Source of the DNA: a virus
IMG/VR virus record: IMGVR_UViG_3300027859_000890
Span: 1 to 64,000 of that record
Reading direction: 5' to 3' (one strand)
Length of the DNA: 64,000 nucleotides
Position 1 is the stretch's first letter, and each line of letters opens with the position of its first letter. The translations under genes and the position numbers were made by a program. Shown one piece after another: positions 9,533 through 19,341 of this stretch. The notes under the pieces were generated by a model. The model saw only the letters and a program-made list of their open reading frames with translations. It did not search any database and was not told the origin of the DNA.

Positions 9533-10492
9533 ATGGAACTACTCACTATATGGATGCTCATTGGCTTTTTATTCGCAGCCTATGCAGTTATCGCAAACGA
9601 TTCAGTCCAGACGTTAGGAACGTGGATTGCATCAAACAACGATCGTTTTCACTGGAGAACAATGTGGGCAGCCGCTTCGGCTGTTTTATTATATACAATC
9701 TGGTATGGATGGTATATCAACGGAGGCGACATAAGTTATGGTCGTCTAAACAAAATCCCATTTCAAGAAATACAATGGTATCACGCAGCCGCACCTGGTG
9801 TGTTGTTAATCTTAACACGCATTGGTGTGCCAGTATCAACAAGTTTCTTGGTGCTATCAGCATTTGCAAGCACATTTATATTAGAAAAAATGCTGATGAA
9901 ATCTATGATGGGTTATGCTGTGGCAGCAGTGGCAGCTTATGCAATATGGATTGTGGTAAGCAAACTACTGGATGAAGCAAAGCCAGTCAAAGAAGAACAC
10001 AAACGCTATTGGCGTATAGGACAATGGGTAACAACAGGCTTCCTATGGTTCACTTGGTTGTCACACGATATGGCAAACATTGCAGTGTTCCTGCCTAGAC
10101 AACTACCTGTCGATCTTATGATACTGATTAGTGTTGTATTTGTAGGCGGACTATATTATATGTTCCGTGAAGGCGGCGGTAAGATACAGAACATCGTTAT
10201 TGAAAAGCACAACACAAGATATGTTCGTAGTGCTACAATAATTGATGCTGTCTACTGGTTGATACTTTGGTTCTTTAAAGAGCTCAACGACATTCCAATG
10301 TCAACAACTTGGGTATTCGTTGGTTTGCTATGTGGTAGAGAACTAGCAATGGCAACAGTAACAGGCAAGCACAAATTCAAAACAGTGTTTCCGCTTGTCA
10401 CTAGAGACTTTTTCAAAATGATGATAGGACTAGGAGCGTCAGTAGCTATTGTTCTTATGATCCATTATGTGATTGTGCCTAACGGACTATAA
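9533..10492 (+). CDS. PiT-like inorganic phosphate transporter
   Basis: multi-TM; paired signatures IANDSVQTLG / SHDMANIA and PVSTS / PMSTT; AGGAG RBS. Confidence 0.7.
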   Translation: MELLTIWMLIGFLFAAYAVIANDSVQTLGTWIASNNDRFHWRTMWAAASAVLLYTIWYGWYINGGDISYGRLNKIPFQEIQWYHAAAPGVLLILTRIGVPVSTSFLVLSAFASTFILEKMLMKSMMGYAVAAVAAYAIWIVVSKLLDEAKPVKEEHKRYWRIGQWVTTGFLWFTWLSHDMANIAVFLPRQLPVDLMILISVVFVGGLYYMFREGGGKIQNIVIEKHNTRYVRSATIIDAVYWLILWFFKELNDIPMSTTWVFVGLLCGRELAMATVTGKHKFKTVFPLVTRDFFKMMIGLGASVAIVLMIHYVIVPNGL

Positions 10493-10518
10493 ATAAATAT
10501 GTCACAGGAGACACACAT

Positions 10519-11052
10519 ATGATTGAAGGATTCAGACCACCAAACACGACATTTCAAACTCGTGTCAGAGACGAAAGCGTAGAAGGCAACAACCCTTATC
10601 GTTGGCAACAACTTACTAGCGATGAATTGTTTGCAAACAAGCGTGTGGTACTATTCAGTTTACCTGGAGCATTTACACCAACTTGTTCTGATTATCAATT
10701 ACCAGGCTTTGAAGAAAATTACGATAACATTCGTAATCAAGACATTGACGAAATATACTGTATAAGCGTCAATGATGCATTTGTTATGAATGCTTGGGCT
10801 AAAGTAATGGACATTCAAAATGTTAAAGTTATACCAGATGGTTCTGGTAACTTTACACGTTTTATGGGTATGCTAATTGGTAAGAACCATTTAGGCTTTG
10901 GTATGCGAAGTTGGAGGTATATGTGTGTCTTAAACAATGGTGTAGTTGAAAAATGGTGGCAGGAACCTGGCATCAACAACAACGGTGAGGATGAAGATCC
11001 TTACGAACAAACTACACCTGCAAATTGTATTGACTATTTAAGTAGAGACTGA
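10519..11052 (+). CDS. peroxiredoxin (Prx5 type)
   Basis: LPGAFTPTCS, SVNDAFVMNAW, GMRSWRY. Confidence 0.92.
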   Translation: MIEGFRPPNTTFQTRVRDESVEGNNPYRWQQLTSDELFANKRVVLFSLPGAFTPTCSDYQLPGFEENYDNIRNQDIDEIYCISVNDAFVMNAWAKVMDIQNVKVIPDGSGNFTRFMGMLIGKNHLGFGMRSWRYMCVLNNGVVEKWWQEPGINNNGEDEDPYEQTTPANCIDYLSRD

Positions 11053-11081
11053 TACAGTCGGGTTGTGCCGTAATACACACG

Positions 11082-11110
11082 TAGGGTGCCAAGGTTAGCA
11101 CCCTATTTTT
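11082..11110 (+). terminator. rho-independent terminator
   Basis: TAGGGTGC/GCACCCTA stem plus T-run. Confidence 0.75.
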
Positions 11111-11129
11111 ATATTTTAGATAATTAATA

Positions 11130-11669
11130 ATGAGTAGGAAGGAAAATATGCATCAAGGACCTTTTTGGTATGAACTAGATCATTGTATTACTGAAGACTT
11201 TAGAAAGAAAATGCTAAAAGTTGCAAAGAAAGTAACATACACTAGATACGGCCAGTACGCAAAAAAAGACAAAGAAAGAACTATGCACGGCATTAGTAGA
11301 AATGTTGGTTACCTTGATATAAAACCTTTGTTAAAATGTGTTAACATACTTCCTCACAATGTTTATCTATTACACAATCCTCCACACGATCCTGTTCCAA
11401 GGCATATTGACTTTGTGCAATATACAAAGAAGACCAGCAGTATCAGTTGGTATCTATCTCCTTCACTGGATTTGTTTGCACCAGTTGACTTCTTTGATGC
11501 AGATGAAAATAAGCATACATACTATTATAAAGAGAACGCTGTGATATTAAATACAGGAGAGTGGATTCATAGTGTAACCAACAACGAACACGATAGGTAT
11601 ATGCTTCAGTTTGCTTACGAAGAACCTATTGATTGGGTAATTGAGAACGTGAGGTTCTCACCAATGTAA
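11130..11669 (+). CDS. 2OG-Fe(II) oxygenase-like protein
   Basis: HID...HSV...R facial-triad pattern. Confidence 0.55.
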   Translation: MSRKENMHQGPFWYELDHCITEDFRKKMLKVAKKVTYTRYGQYAKKDKERTMHGISRNVGYLDIKPLLKCVNILPHNVYLLHNPPHDPVPRHIDFVQYTKKTSSISWYLSPSLDLFAPVDFFDADENKHTYYYKENAVILNTGEWIHSVTNNEHDRYMLQFAYEEPIDWVIENVRFSPM

Positions 11670-11688
11670 ATGTAATTAGGAGGGCAAA

Positions 11689-12447
11689 ATGATTACAGAA
11701 ATGAAATTTATGGAACGTAGTTTGTTATTTGCAAAGTTAGCAAGCATTGCTTACAATGACGATGTAAATCAAGTTAAGAAAGACGTAAAAAAATTAGGCT
11801 TTACAACTGTAGAGTTTTACAACAACGAAGGCGCACAGGCATATAGATTTATGAACAAAGAAGATTTGGTTATTGCTTGTAGAGGTACACAACCTAGCGA
11901 GTTCAATGATATCAAAGCAGATCTAAAAGCAACACCTGTAATAGCAGAAACTGTTAGCAGAGTACACAGAGGATTCAAAGCAGAAGTAGACGAACTTTGG
12001 CCTATGGTGCTAGAAGATATAAACCGCAAAGCAAATGAAAAAAAGAAACTGTGGTTTTGTGGACACAGTTTAGGTGCCGCTATGGCAACTATTATGTCAA
12101 GCCGTTGTCATCTGTATGCTGACATCAATCCTGTTGAAGAATTATATACATTTGGGTCGCCACGTGTAGGTTGGAGAGGATATTGCAACAGTTTAAGCGT
12201 ATCACATCACCGTTGGGTAAACAATAATGACATAGTTACAAGGGTACCACTAGCATTAATGGGCTACGTACATCACGGCACAGAGCATTATATGAATGCT
12301 TATGGCTTAGAGCGTAAACTTACAGCGTGGCAAAGAACAAAAGATCGCTGGAGAGGTATGTGGATGGGTATAAAACAAGGCGGTATTGACAGCTTCTCAG
12401 ATCACAGTATGGTCAACTACGTAGCCAACATAGAAAAAATGTTATAA
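11689..12447 (+). CDS. class 3 lipase
   Basis: CRGT, VHRGF, GHSLGAA, TFGSPRVG, DIVTRVP. Confidence 0.9.
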   Translation: MITEMKFMERSLLFAKLASIAYNDDVNQVKKDVKKLGFTTVEFYNNEGAQAYRFMNKEDLVIACRGTQPSEFNDIKADLKATPVIAETVSRVHRGFKAEVDELWPMVLEDINRKANEKKKLWFCGHSLGAAMATIMSSRCHLYADINPVEELYTFGSPRVGWRGYCNSLSVSHHRWVNNNDIVTRVPLALMGYVHHGTEHYMNAYGLERKLTAWQRTKDRWRGMWMGIKQGGIDSFSDHSMVNYVANIEKML

Positions 12448-12454
12448 ATACTAT

Positions 12455-12709
12455 ATGAGAAAACGCACTAGAAGTATATTAGAAGAATTAAGCAATTTCC
12501 GTGTTGAAGAACGCGGCGATGACTTTATCCAGACAACTGGCACTAACATAATTGATAGTGCGGTAAACTTGCTTGAGCAAGTACATAAACTTTATGACGC
12601 TGACCAAGCAATTGATCTTGAAAGAAGATTAATTAACAGCATAAAAGCAGGCAGTAGTAAAAAGTTTAAAGTTGGTGTAGAAAAAATCAAAGAGAGCAAA
12701 CGTAAATGA
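12455..12709 (+). CDS. hypothetical phage protein
   Basis: TATAAATA 4 nt before ATG. Confidence 0.7.
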   Translation: MRKRTRSILEELSNFRVEERGDDFIQTTGTNIIDSAVNLLEQVHKLYDADQAIDLERRLINSIKAGSSKKFKVGVEKIKESKRK

Positions 12710-13575
12710 ATTTCATAAAAGAGTTACAAGAGTCAAGAATGACTCGAGACGCAAGAAATCAACGTTTGCTTACCTACACTGACTGCAAAGAAAAAGCATA
12801 CCTAACTATATTGTGTTTACAAGCAATGCGTTACTATCGTAAACACAAAACAGATGCAATGAAGTATGCATACAAAACTGTGATGTTTAGAGAGTACAAC
12901 CGTTTTAGAATAGACAGCACTGATTTGTATAACTTATATCATTTTATTACTGGTGACGAATCTGCACTAAAGAAATTAAGAAATCCAGGTGCTGCCGCAA
13001 AAGAACGTAGAACTACTGTAATCAGCATTGGTAAGTTGAATGGCTTTCTAAGACGTATGGCTAGTGGTGACAGCGTTACACCAGAAGATATAAAAGCATT
13101 GGCTTTAATTGAATCTGATTTAGATATATCAAACCCACACTATAGAGAAATACGTAGAAGGCTCAACACGTTTGATACTGATACACAAGCAGAAAGAAAA
13201 ACAACAATCACTAGGTTACTGTTTGCCGCTAGAAGCAAATTAAGTGATAGTGATGTTATGCCAATGTTCAGTAAGTTTGCTGGCGATAATAACTTAGAAG
13301 ATTTCAGTGCTACTGACCCAGAGCCAAAAATAAGCACACCAGATAAAATGGGTATGGCAGATGTGCAAATGTATAGATTGATACTGCCTGTAAACAGTTT
13401 ACCTTTTGTAAGCCGTTTTTTGAATATGATAAGCAAAGGTAAGACAATTCCAGCAAATATTGCGGCAAGTTACTATCCTTTGGTAATGATTGTACACGAT
13501 ATAGTCAAAGCAGGGCCTGCATACATAGATCAGCTGAAAATATTGCATAATCGTGCAAAAAAAGCCCGTAAGTAA
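12706..13575 (+). CDS. hypothetical protein, possibly virion-internal
   Basis: 289-aa ORF; MNFIKELQE N-terminus. Confidence 0.7.
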   Translation: MNFIKELQESRMTRDARNQRLLTYTDCKEKAYLTILCLQAMRYYRKHKTDAMKYAYKTVMFREYNRFRIDSTDLYNLYHFITGDESALKKLRNPGAAAKERRTTVISIGKLNGFLRRMASGDSVTPEDIKALALIESDLDISNPHYREIRRRLNTFDTDTQAERKTTITRLLFAARSKLSDSDVMPMFSKFAGDNNLEDFSATDPEPKISTPDKMGMADVQMYRLILPVNSLPFVSRFLNMISKGKTIPANIAASYYPLVMIVHDIVKAGPAYIDQLKILHNRAKKARK

Positions 13576-13658
13576 CCATTTTTTACTTTTCCGACTAAAT
13601 ACAATATACAAAAGTCCACAGAGAGTGGGCAGTCATTTAGAGAAATAAGGAGAAAAAA

Positions 13659-13997
13659 ATGGCAACACCAGTAGGAGAAACAAGAGGCGGCACCGGCCAC
13701 ACTCACGGTACACAGGAAAGCGTAGCTAACCTAAAGTGTATGGAACTAGACGCAGCAGCGAACATCTCAGCAAAAGGCGGAGTAGGTTCAACTATCGAAG
13801 CAATGGTACAAGAAGCACAGCCTTTGATGTATGTATCAACAGGTTCAGCAGGTAAAATTTTTACCATCGTTGACGGACACTCAACATCAGCAGCAGATCT
13901 ACAAGTTAGACTACGTGCATTAGGAACAGTTGATTCAATCGACTTATCAAACGCACTTGTTGTAGAGCGTGATCTAGACGCATTTGACGCATCATAA
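13659..13997 (+). CDS. putative abundant virion protein
   Basis: late promoter, 5' hairpin, strong AAGGAG RBS, own terminator, Ala/Gly/Thr-rich. Confidence 0.55.
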   Translation: MATPVGETRGGTGHTHGTQESVANLKCMELDAAANISAKGGVGSTIEAMVQEAQPLMYVSTGSAGKIFTIVDGHSTSAADLQVRLRALGTVDSIDLSNALVVERDLDAFDAS

Positions 13998-14018
13998 GAT
14001 AGCGTTATAACAAAAAAG

Positions 14019-14048
14019 AAGCGTCACTTTTACAGTGGCGCTTTTTTT
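14019..14048 (+). terminator. rho-independent terminator
   Basis: AAGCGTCAC/GTGGCGCTT stem plus T-run. Confidence 0.75.
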
Positions 14049-14065
14049 GTGACTGTAAATAGAGT

Positions 14066-14620
14066 ATGCGACACTTACCTAAAGAGCAAGTCACATTCAT
14101 ACATAATCCTAAGACAGCTGGCACCAGTATATCAAATTGGCTAGATTCTAACTTTGTAACTATTGAAGGACGCAAGCACGGACATATTGTAGAAGTAAAT
14201 GAATACTTTCCACGTACACAGAAAACATTTGGTGTTGTACGTAATCCTTGGGCAAGGATGGCAAGTTGGTATATGTTCAGTGATGGCGGCAGAACAAACT
14301 TCAAGCAATGGTTGTTGAGTAGGGTGAGCAACTTTGAAACTAATTTAAGCTATCAGCCTTTTTTACTTTGGGCTCGTAATTGGTATAGATTGCATACTCC
14401 ACAGCACAGTTGGTTTGGAACACATACAATTATACTTAAATACGAAACACTTGAAGATGACTTTGTACAGATACAGGAACTATTAGGTTGCGATAAGCCT
14501 TTACCTATGTTAAACTTGTCTAGAGAATATGAATACAAAGATTTATATACACCAGAATTACGAGATTTGATTTGGGATATATTTCTAAAAGATATTATTG
14601 AGTACGGCTATGCATACTAA
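14066..14620 (+). CDS. sulfotransferase family 2 protein
   Basis: FIHNPKTAGTSI (5'-PSB loop), VRNPWARMASWY (3'-PB). Confidence 0.85.
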   Translation: MRHLPKEQVTFIHNPKTAGTSISNWLDSNFVTIEGRKHGHIVEVNEYFPRTQKTFGVVRNPWARMASWYMFSDGGRTNFKQWLLSRVSNFETNLSYQPFLLWARNWYRLHTPQHSWFGTHTIILKYETLEDDFVQIQELLGCDKPLPMLNLSREYEYKDLYTPELRDLIWDIFLKDIIEYGYAY

Positions 14621-14984
14621 GTTTGAATTATATACTTCGGTTGATATAACAAACCACGTAAGAGCCTCACGAGAAGATAAACTTGTATACGGACAAAAAC
14701 AAAACTTTCTTACAGTTATAAACACAATAGGGCTAAGAGCTAACCCAACTATAGAAGAGGACCCTATAGTTACCAAGCACAAGGCATTTGGCAACAATGA
14801 TGCTTGGAAGTTATATTTTATTATAGAAGCAGAAGGTGCAGTAAATACTGAAATGTTAGAGCAAGACTTTATGTTTGTTCCATTTATTGCTGGACTTAAC
14901 GAAACACAAACTTTTGAAGAAGCAGTTTTTATTACGTCAGGAGACAAAATAAATATTCTTTTTGATACTTTAGGTGATAAATAA
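14610..14984 (+). CDS. hypothetical phage protein
   Basis: ORF; start set at MHTKFELY. Confidence 0.6.
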   Translation: MHTKFELYTSVDITNHVRASREDKLVYGQKQNFLTVINTIGLRANPTIEEDPIVTKHKAFGNNDAWKLYFIIEAEGAVNTEMLEQDFMFVPFIAGLNETQTFEEAVFITSGDKINILFDTLGDK

Positions 14985-15063
14985 TATTACAGATGTGATC
15001 TGTAAGGCATTTATTTAGGTAACGAAAAGGCTATTTCCTGTCGTAGAGCAATTGGAGTAATAA

Positions 15064-15294
15064 ATGTCGACATCTCAAATTGAAAAAGAAAGTTTAGAAG
15101 CTCACGTGGACCTATGCGCTCTGCGTTACGAGCAGTTTGAGAAGCGACTAAGTACAGTTGAAGAAAAGCTTGACGGCATTGCAGATCAAATGGCAGCAGG
15201 ACAACAAAGTTTAGTTAAAGTTATTATAGGAGCAGCAGGAACGATTGTAGCAGGTTTGCTATCAACTATCGTAGTCATAATCTTGCAAATGTAA
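15064..15294 (+). CDS. coiled-coil plus C-terminal TM protein (hemolysin XhlA/holin-like architecture)
   Basis: GGAG RBS; heptads followed by a hydrophobic tail. Confidence 0.6.
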   Translation: MSTSQIEKESLEAHVDLCALRYEQFEKRLSTVEEKLDGIADQMAAGQQSLVKVIIGAAGTIVAGLLSTIVVIILQM

Positions 15295-15297
15295 AAA

Positions 15298-15558
15298 ATG
15301 TTATTGAGAGAACTTTTTGAAAGACAAGTTTATGCAAAAAGAGGAAATCGTGTTGTAAGGAAATACAGATGTACTTCCGGACCACGTAAAGGTAGAACAG
15401 TTACAAACGTAGCACAATGCTTCGCTCCACCAGATGTTAAAAAAAGGGTTAGGTTAGCTATAACCAAAGCAAGACTAGGAAGCAAGATGACTCGCAAAGC
15501 AAAACGTACTAAAAAGACAAATGCAGCGAGTATAAGAGTAAAGGCGATGAACAGATGA
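15298..15558 (+). CDS. basic hypothetical protein
   Basis: MLLRELFE N-terminus; Arg/Lys-rich. Confidence 0.65.
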   Translation: MLLRELFERQVYAKRGNRVVRKYRCTSGPRKGRTVTNVAQCFAPPDVKKRVRLAITKARLGSKMTRKAKRTKKTNAASIRVKAMNR

Positions 15559-15824
15559 AAATTTCTGATTTAGAAAAACTAAAAGAAGCACCAATGGGAG
15601 ATCCTATTATGCAAGCACAAGATGCATTGCAAAAGGCAAAAGATGGTGTGGTCGCTATACAAGATCAAATGCGTCAACTAGCATTGCAAAAGAAATCAGC
15701 AGATGAACAAGTGAGAGCAGCAACCCTAGCGGTAGCCGCAGCTCGCAAAACAAAAGCGCAACAAGCGCAACAACCAGGTACAATGGGTGCTACTAACACC
15801 GTTGGCGGCACAACAGCAGTCTAA
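15555..15824 (+). CDS. hypothetical coiled-coil protein
   Basis: ATGA overlap. Confidence 0.6.
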   Translation: MKISDLEKLKEAPMGDPIMQAQDALQKAKDGVVAIQDQMRQLALQKKSADEQVRAATLAVAAARKTKAQQAQQPGTMGATNTVGGTTAV

Positions 15825-16033
15825 TGAATTTCAAAGAAATCACACAAGGTATAAACGTACAAATTTCTTTAGAGGAAAAGAAGTTATTGGAAAAAATGAA
15901 TACTCTATGTGATTACGCAGAATTTACAGAAAGACAACAATATGTTCTTGACAATTTAATAAGAAAAGATATAATAAAAAAAGTATTGTATCAAGGAAAG
16001 ACATACCTGGTTAATAATGCAGCACCTAGTTAA
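15824..16033 (+). CDS. hypothetical protein
   Basis: TAATG overlap. Confidence 0.6.
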   Translation: MNFKEITQGINVQISLEEKKLLEKMNTLCDYAEFTERQQYVLDNLIRKDIIKKVLYQGKTYLVNNAAPS

Positions 16034-16430
16034 TGAATTAAAAACGCTTATTTCGCACGGAGTAAAGCAACATCCATTGCCTGTCAAGGTAGGTAATTCT
16101 ATACGTATTGGCCCTGTGGTTATACGTCAACTAAAGGATAAGAGTTTTATTTTATTTGACAGTAAAGAACAAATACAAATAGGTTCTGTATACAGCAAGC
16201 ACAGTGCTTTGGCACTTGCTAAACTATATACTGAACACAAAGATATAGATTTTGTTATAAGCTTAGATAAAAAATTACAGAAACACGATTTAGATGCTAG
16301 ATATTACCAACACAGTATGGATAAAACTGAAGATATTACAAAAAAAGACATACTTGATACCAGGTTGAGCGTTGCACACGACGAGTTGCGTATAATTACA
16401 AGTAAATTAGAACAAATTATCTTTAACTAG
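16017..16430 (+). CDS. hypothetical protein
   Basis: 137-aa ORF in the late cluster. Confidence 0.6.
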   Translation: MQHLVNELKTLISHGVKQHPLPVKVGNSIRIGPVVIRQLKDKSFILFDSKEQIQIGSVYSKHSALALAKLYTEHKDIDFVISLDKKLQKHDLDARYYQHSMDKTEDITKKDILDTRLSVAHDELRIITSKLEQIIFN

Positions 16431-16464
16431 AGATAAATACTTTTAATAAAATAGGATATTACCA

Positions 16465-17349
16465 ATGAATATTTCAGAGTTCGCAAAACCAGTAACTGCA
16501 AAAACATTAAACGAAAGCCTTGCAAGACGTTTCGGAAAACGCATTGCATTAGAATCATTTACACTAGCACAATTACATAATGCTCGTAACAAACTAAGAA
16601 CAAGACTCAGCCAAATCGAAGTCAGTGAAAGTTTTAGTGCTGTTGTTGAAAGCGATGAATATCAAAAATCAAAATTATTTTTAGATGTATTGAATGCTGA
16701 AATTTCTGAGCGTGGTGATATCGAAGAAGAAGCAATTGAAGAAAAAGCAAAGCCAGACTATATTGATCTTGATGGCGACGGCAACAAAAAAGAGCCAATG
16801 AAAAAGGCTGCAAAAGATGCTAAGAAAAAAGATGACAAAACAGACGAAGGCTCATACGGCAAGAAAAAGAAAAAGCCTATGAAAGAGGGTGCTGAAGATC
16901 AAGCAGAGATTGTTATGGCAGCTAAGGATATGGTTGACAGAGTAACAGGTTGGATGGAAGACACAGCAGAAATGAAAACAGAATCAATGTTGGATCTTGC
17001 TGATGCTATCCGTGACGAAATGGGTGTAGACTCAAGTAATCAATATGTTGAAACAATCAAAGCAAGTTTAGACGAACTATATGCTAGTTTAGAATCAACT
17101 AGAAGTGCATTGAGCAGTGGTGTTATGATGTTGACAGGCGAAGGTGAGCCTATGGACGCTATGGGTGCTGAAGACCCAGGTATGGAGCCAACTATTGATA
17201 TGGACGATGCTGAAGGTGTCGTACCACCAGCTGATGATGATTTTGCAGCAGCTCCTCCGGCAGCAGGCGGCGAAGAGCCAGCAGGTAGAGAAACACGTGA
17301 AAGTGTTGATCCACGCAAACTAGCACAAAAGCTTTCAAAAAAAAAGTAG
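16465..17349 (+). CDS. putative prohead core/scaffolding-like protein
   Basis: acidic helical protein with many x-x-E|A/S/G sites and a DLDGDG loop; late promoter upstream. Confidence 0.5.
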   Translation: MNISEFAKPVTAKTLNESLARRFGKRIALESFTLAQLHNARNKLRTRLSQIEVSESFSAVVESDEYQKSKLFLDVLNAEISERGDIEEEAIEEKAKPDYIDLDGDGNKKEPMKKAAKDAKKKDDKTDEGSYGKKKKKPMKEGAEDQAEIVMAAKDMVDRVTGWMEDTAEMKTESMLDLADAIRDEMGVDSSNQYVETIKASLDELYASLESTRSALSSGVMMLTGEGEPMDAMGAEDPGMEPTIDMDDAEGVVPPADDDFAAAPPAAGGEEPAGRETRESVDPRKLAQKLSKKK

Positions 17350-17366
17350 ATGAAGCTGTAAACAGC
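17340..17366 (+). other. candidate -1 ribosomal frameshift site A_AAA_AAG plus downstream hairpin
   Basis: A AAA AAG at 17340-17346 directly before TAG; -1 frame runs open into ORF 17373-17642; GCTG-TAAA-CAGC hairpin at 17355-17366. Confidence 0.5.
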
Positions 17367-17372
17367 GACAAC

Positions 17373-17642
17373 TTGTACAGATTACTAAGACTTCTTAAGT
17401 CAGAAGGTGTGCAAAGTATTTCATTTGAAGATTTAGATAAAATGATGGACAACAACGAAGTCCCACAGTTTAATTATGAAACATTTGATGCTGCCTTTCA
17501 AGCAGACGAAAGAATCAAAGGCTTGGTATCTAATTACACACAAGATGAAGTAAGTTTTGTTGACAAAGCACCAAAAGGCGGTGCTGATGGAGACAGCGTA
17601 GGAAAAATGGCAAAACGAGCCGTTGACTTATCTGACCTTTAA
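17373..17642 (+). CDS. hypothetical protein, possibly the frameshift extension of 16465
   Basis: TTG start without an RBS; frame open from 17310. Confidence 0.55.
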   Translation: MYRLLRLLKSEGVQSISFEDLDKMMDNNEVPQFNYETFDAAFQADERIKGLVSNYTQDEVSFVDKAPKGGADGDSVGKMAKRAVDLSDL

Positions 17643-17651
17643 TGTTATCAT
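17623..17651 (+). promoter_or_regulatory. sigma70-type early promoter
   Basis: TTGACT-17-TATCAT with TG extension, 5 nt before ATG. Confidence 0.6.
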
Positions 17652-17656
17652 AACGT

Positions 17657-18337
17657 ATGACATTAATCAAACCTAAGTATACATACGAAAAATTAAAACG
17701 TGTAGAAGTAAATGGCAAACGCCGTTACGCCGCACCAGGTGGAGCACCAGTAGCAAGTGTTACAACTATCCTTGGAGATACAAAAGATAAGACTCATTTA
17801 ATTGCGTGGAAGAAACGTGTAGGTGAGCAAAAAGCACAAGAGATTGTAACAGAAGCAAGCGGTGTAGGCACCAGGATGCACAAGTATCTTGAGGACTATA
17901 TTGATTATGCTGAATGGCCCACCGCTGGCAGCAATCCATATGCTCAACAAGCACATATGATGGCAACTACTATAAAAGTAAATGCTATGGATGATGTTGA
18001 AGAAATATGGGGCAGCGAAGTGCCATTGTATGTGCCTAATATATATGCAGGCACAACTGACTTAGTAGGAATATACAAAGGGCAACCTTGTATAATGGAT
18101 TTTAAACAAACTAATAAACCGAAAAAGTTAGAGTGGGTTGAAGACTATTTCCTACAACTAACAGCCTATGCTATTGCACACAATGAAGTACACGGCACAG
18201 ACATCAAAGAAGGACATATTTTTATGTGTAGCCGAGCTGGTGAATATCAGCAGTTTGATTTATGGCCAGATGAGTTTGACGAATGGGAGCAAGAATGGTG
18301 GCGTAGAGTTTATCAGTATTATGAAAAGATAGGATAA
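17657..18337 (+). CDS. PD-(D/E)XK exonuclease, T4-like phage family
   Basis: SVTTIL, GTRMH, SE, YAGTTDL, DFKQ, YFLQLTAYA. Confidence 0.85.
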   Translation: MTLIKPKYTYEKLKRVEVNGKRRYAAPGGAPVASVTTILGDTKDKTHLIAWKKRVGEQKAQEIVTEASGVGTRMHKYLEDYIDYAEWPTAGSNPYAQQAHMMATTIKVNAMDDVEEIWGSEVPLYVPNIYAGTTDLVGIYKGQPCIMDFKQTNKPKKLEWVEDYFLQLTAYAIAHNEVHGTDIKEGHIFMCSRAGEYQQFDLWPDEFDEWEQEWWRRVYQYYEKIG

Positions 18338-19300
18338 ATGGTACGAATAGGAATAAATGGATTTGGTAGGATAGGCAGATGTGTTGCACGGCATATCCTA
18401 GACGAAAGAAACGATTTAGAAATAGTTAAAATAAATGCTACAGGTGATTATGATTCAAACAGTCACCTTTTACATTATGATAGTATACACGGTAGATGGA
18501 AAGGCACACTCAACGGCAAGGTTGAATGGAGTCACACAAGAGATATAAATGAATGTGATTGGAGCAGTGTAGATGTAGTTCTAGAATGTACAGGAGCATT
18601 TAATGATGGCGATATAGCAAAAACACATTTAGATAACGGAGCAGGTAAAGTTGTAATAAGTGCGCCTGCAAAGAATGTAGATAGAACTGTTGTATACGGA
18701 GTTAATCATACAGATATACTACCAGAAGAAAGTATGATCAGCAATGCAAGTTGCACTACAAATTGTCTTGCACCAATGGTAAAAGTATTGCATCAAGAGT
18801 TTGGTATTAAACGTGGCGTTATGACAACAGTGCATAGTTACACAGGAGATCAAAGCACAGTGGATCGTAGACACAAAGATCCTTATCGTGCTAGAACAGC
18901 AGGTATGAGTATGATACCTACAAGCACAGGTGCAACAAAAAACATAGGTAAAATTATTCCTGACTTAGATGGCAAGTTAACCGGTAGTGCAATTAGAGTA
19001 CCTACTGCCAATGTAAGTTGTGTTGACTTTACATTTCAATCCGAAACTGAATTGAGTGTAGAAGATATTAATTTAGCATTTGCAAAGTATTCACATCATT
19101 ATATGAATGGTGTATTAGGATATGAAACACAACCACTCGTTAGTATTGATTACAATCACACATCTGAAAGTTGCATAGTTGCTACAGATCAAACACAGGT
19201 AATTGACAAACATATGGGTCGTGTACTAGGTTGGTATGACAACGAATGGGCATTTAGTTGTAGAATGGCTGACACAGCATCTTATATAGGATACCTATGA
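18338..19300 (+). CDS. gap: glyceraldehyde-3-phosphate dehydrogenase (type I)
   Basis: GINGFGRIGR, ECTG, NASCTTNCLAP, HSYTGDQ, STGA, RVPT, WYDNE. Confidence 0.92.
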   Translation: MVRIGINGFGRIGRCVARHILDERNDLEIVKINATGDYDSNSHLLHYDSIHGRWKGTLNGKVEWSHTRDINECDWSSVDVVLECTGAFNDGDIAKTHLDNGAGKVVISAPAKNVDRTVVYGVNHTDILPEESMISNASCTTNCLAPMVKVLHQEFGIKRGVMTTVHSYTGDQSTVDRRHKDPYRARTAGMSMIPTSTGATKNIGKIIPDLDGKLTGSAIRVPTANVSCVDFTFQSETELSVEDINLAFAKYSHHYMNGVLGYETQPLVSIDYNHTSESCIVATDQTQVIDKHMGRVLGWYDNEWAFSCRMADTASYIGYL

Positions 19301-19341
19301 TACACATTATGCAATAAATATATATATGTGAGGAGAATAGA

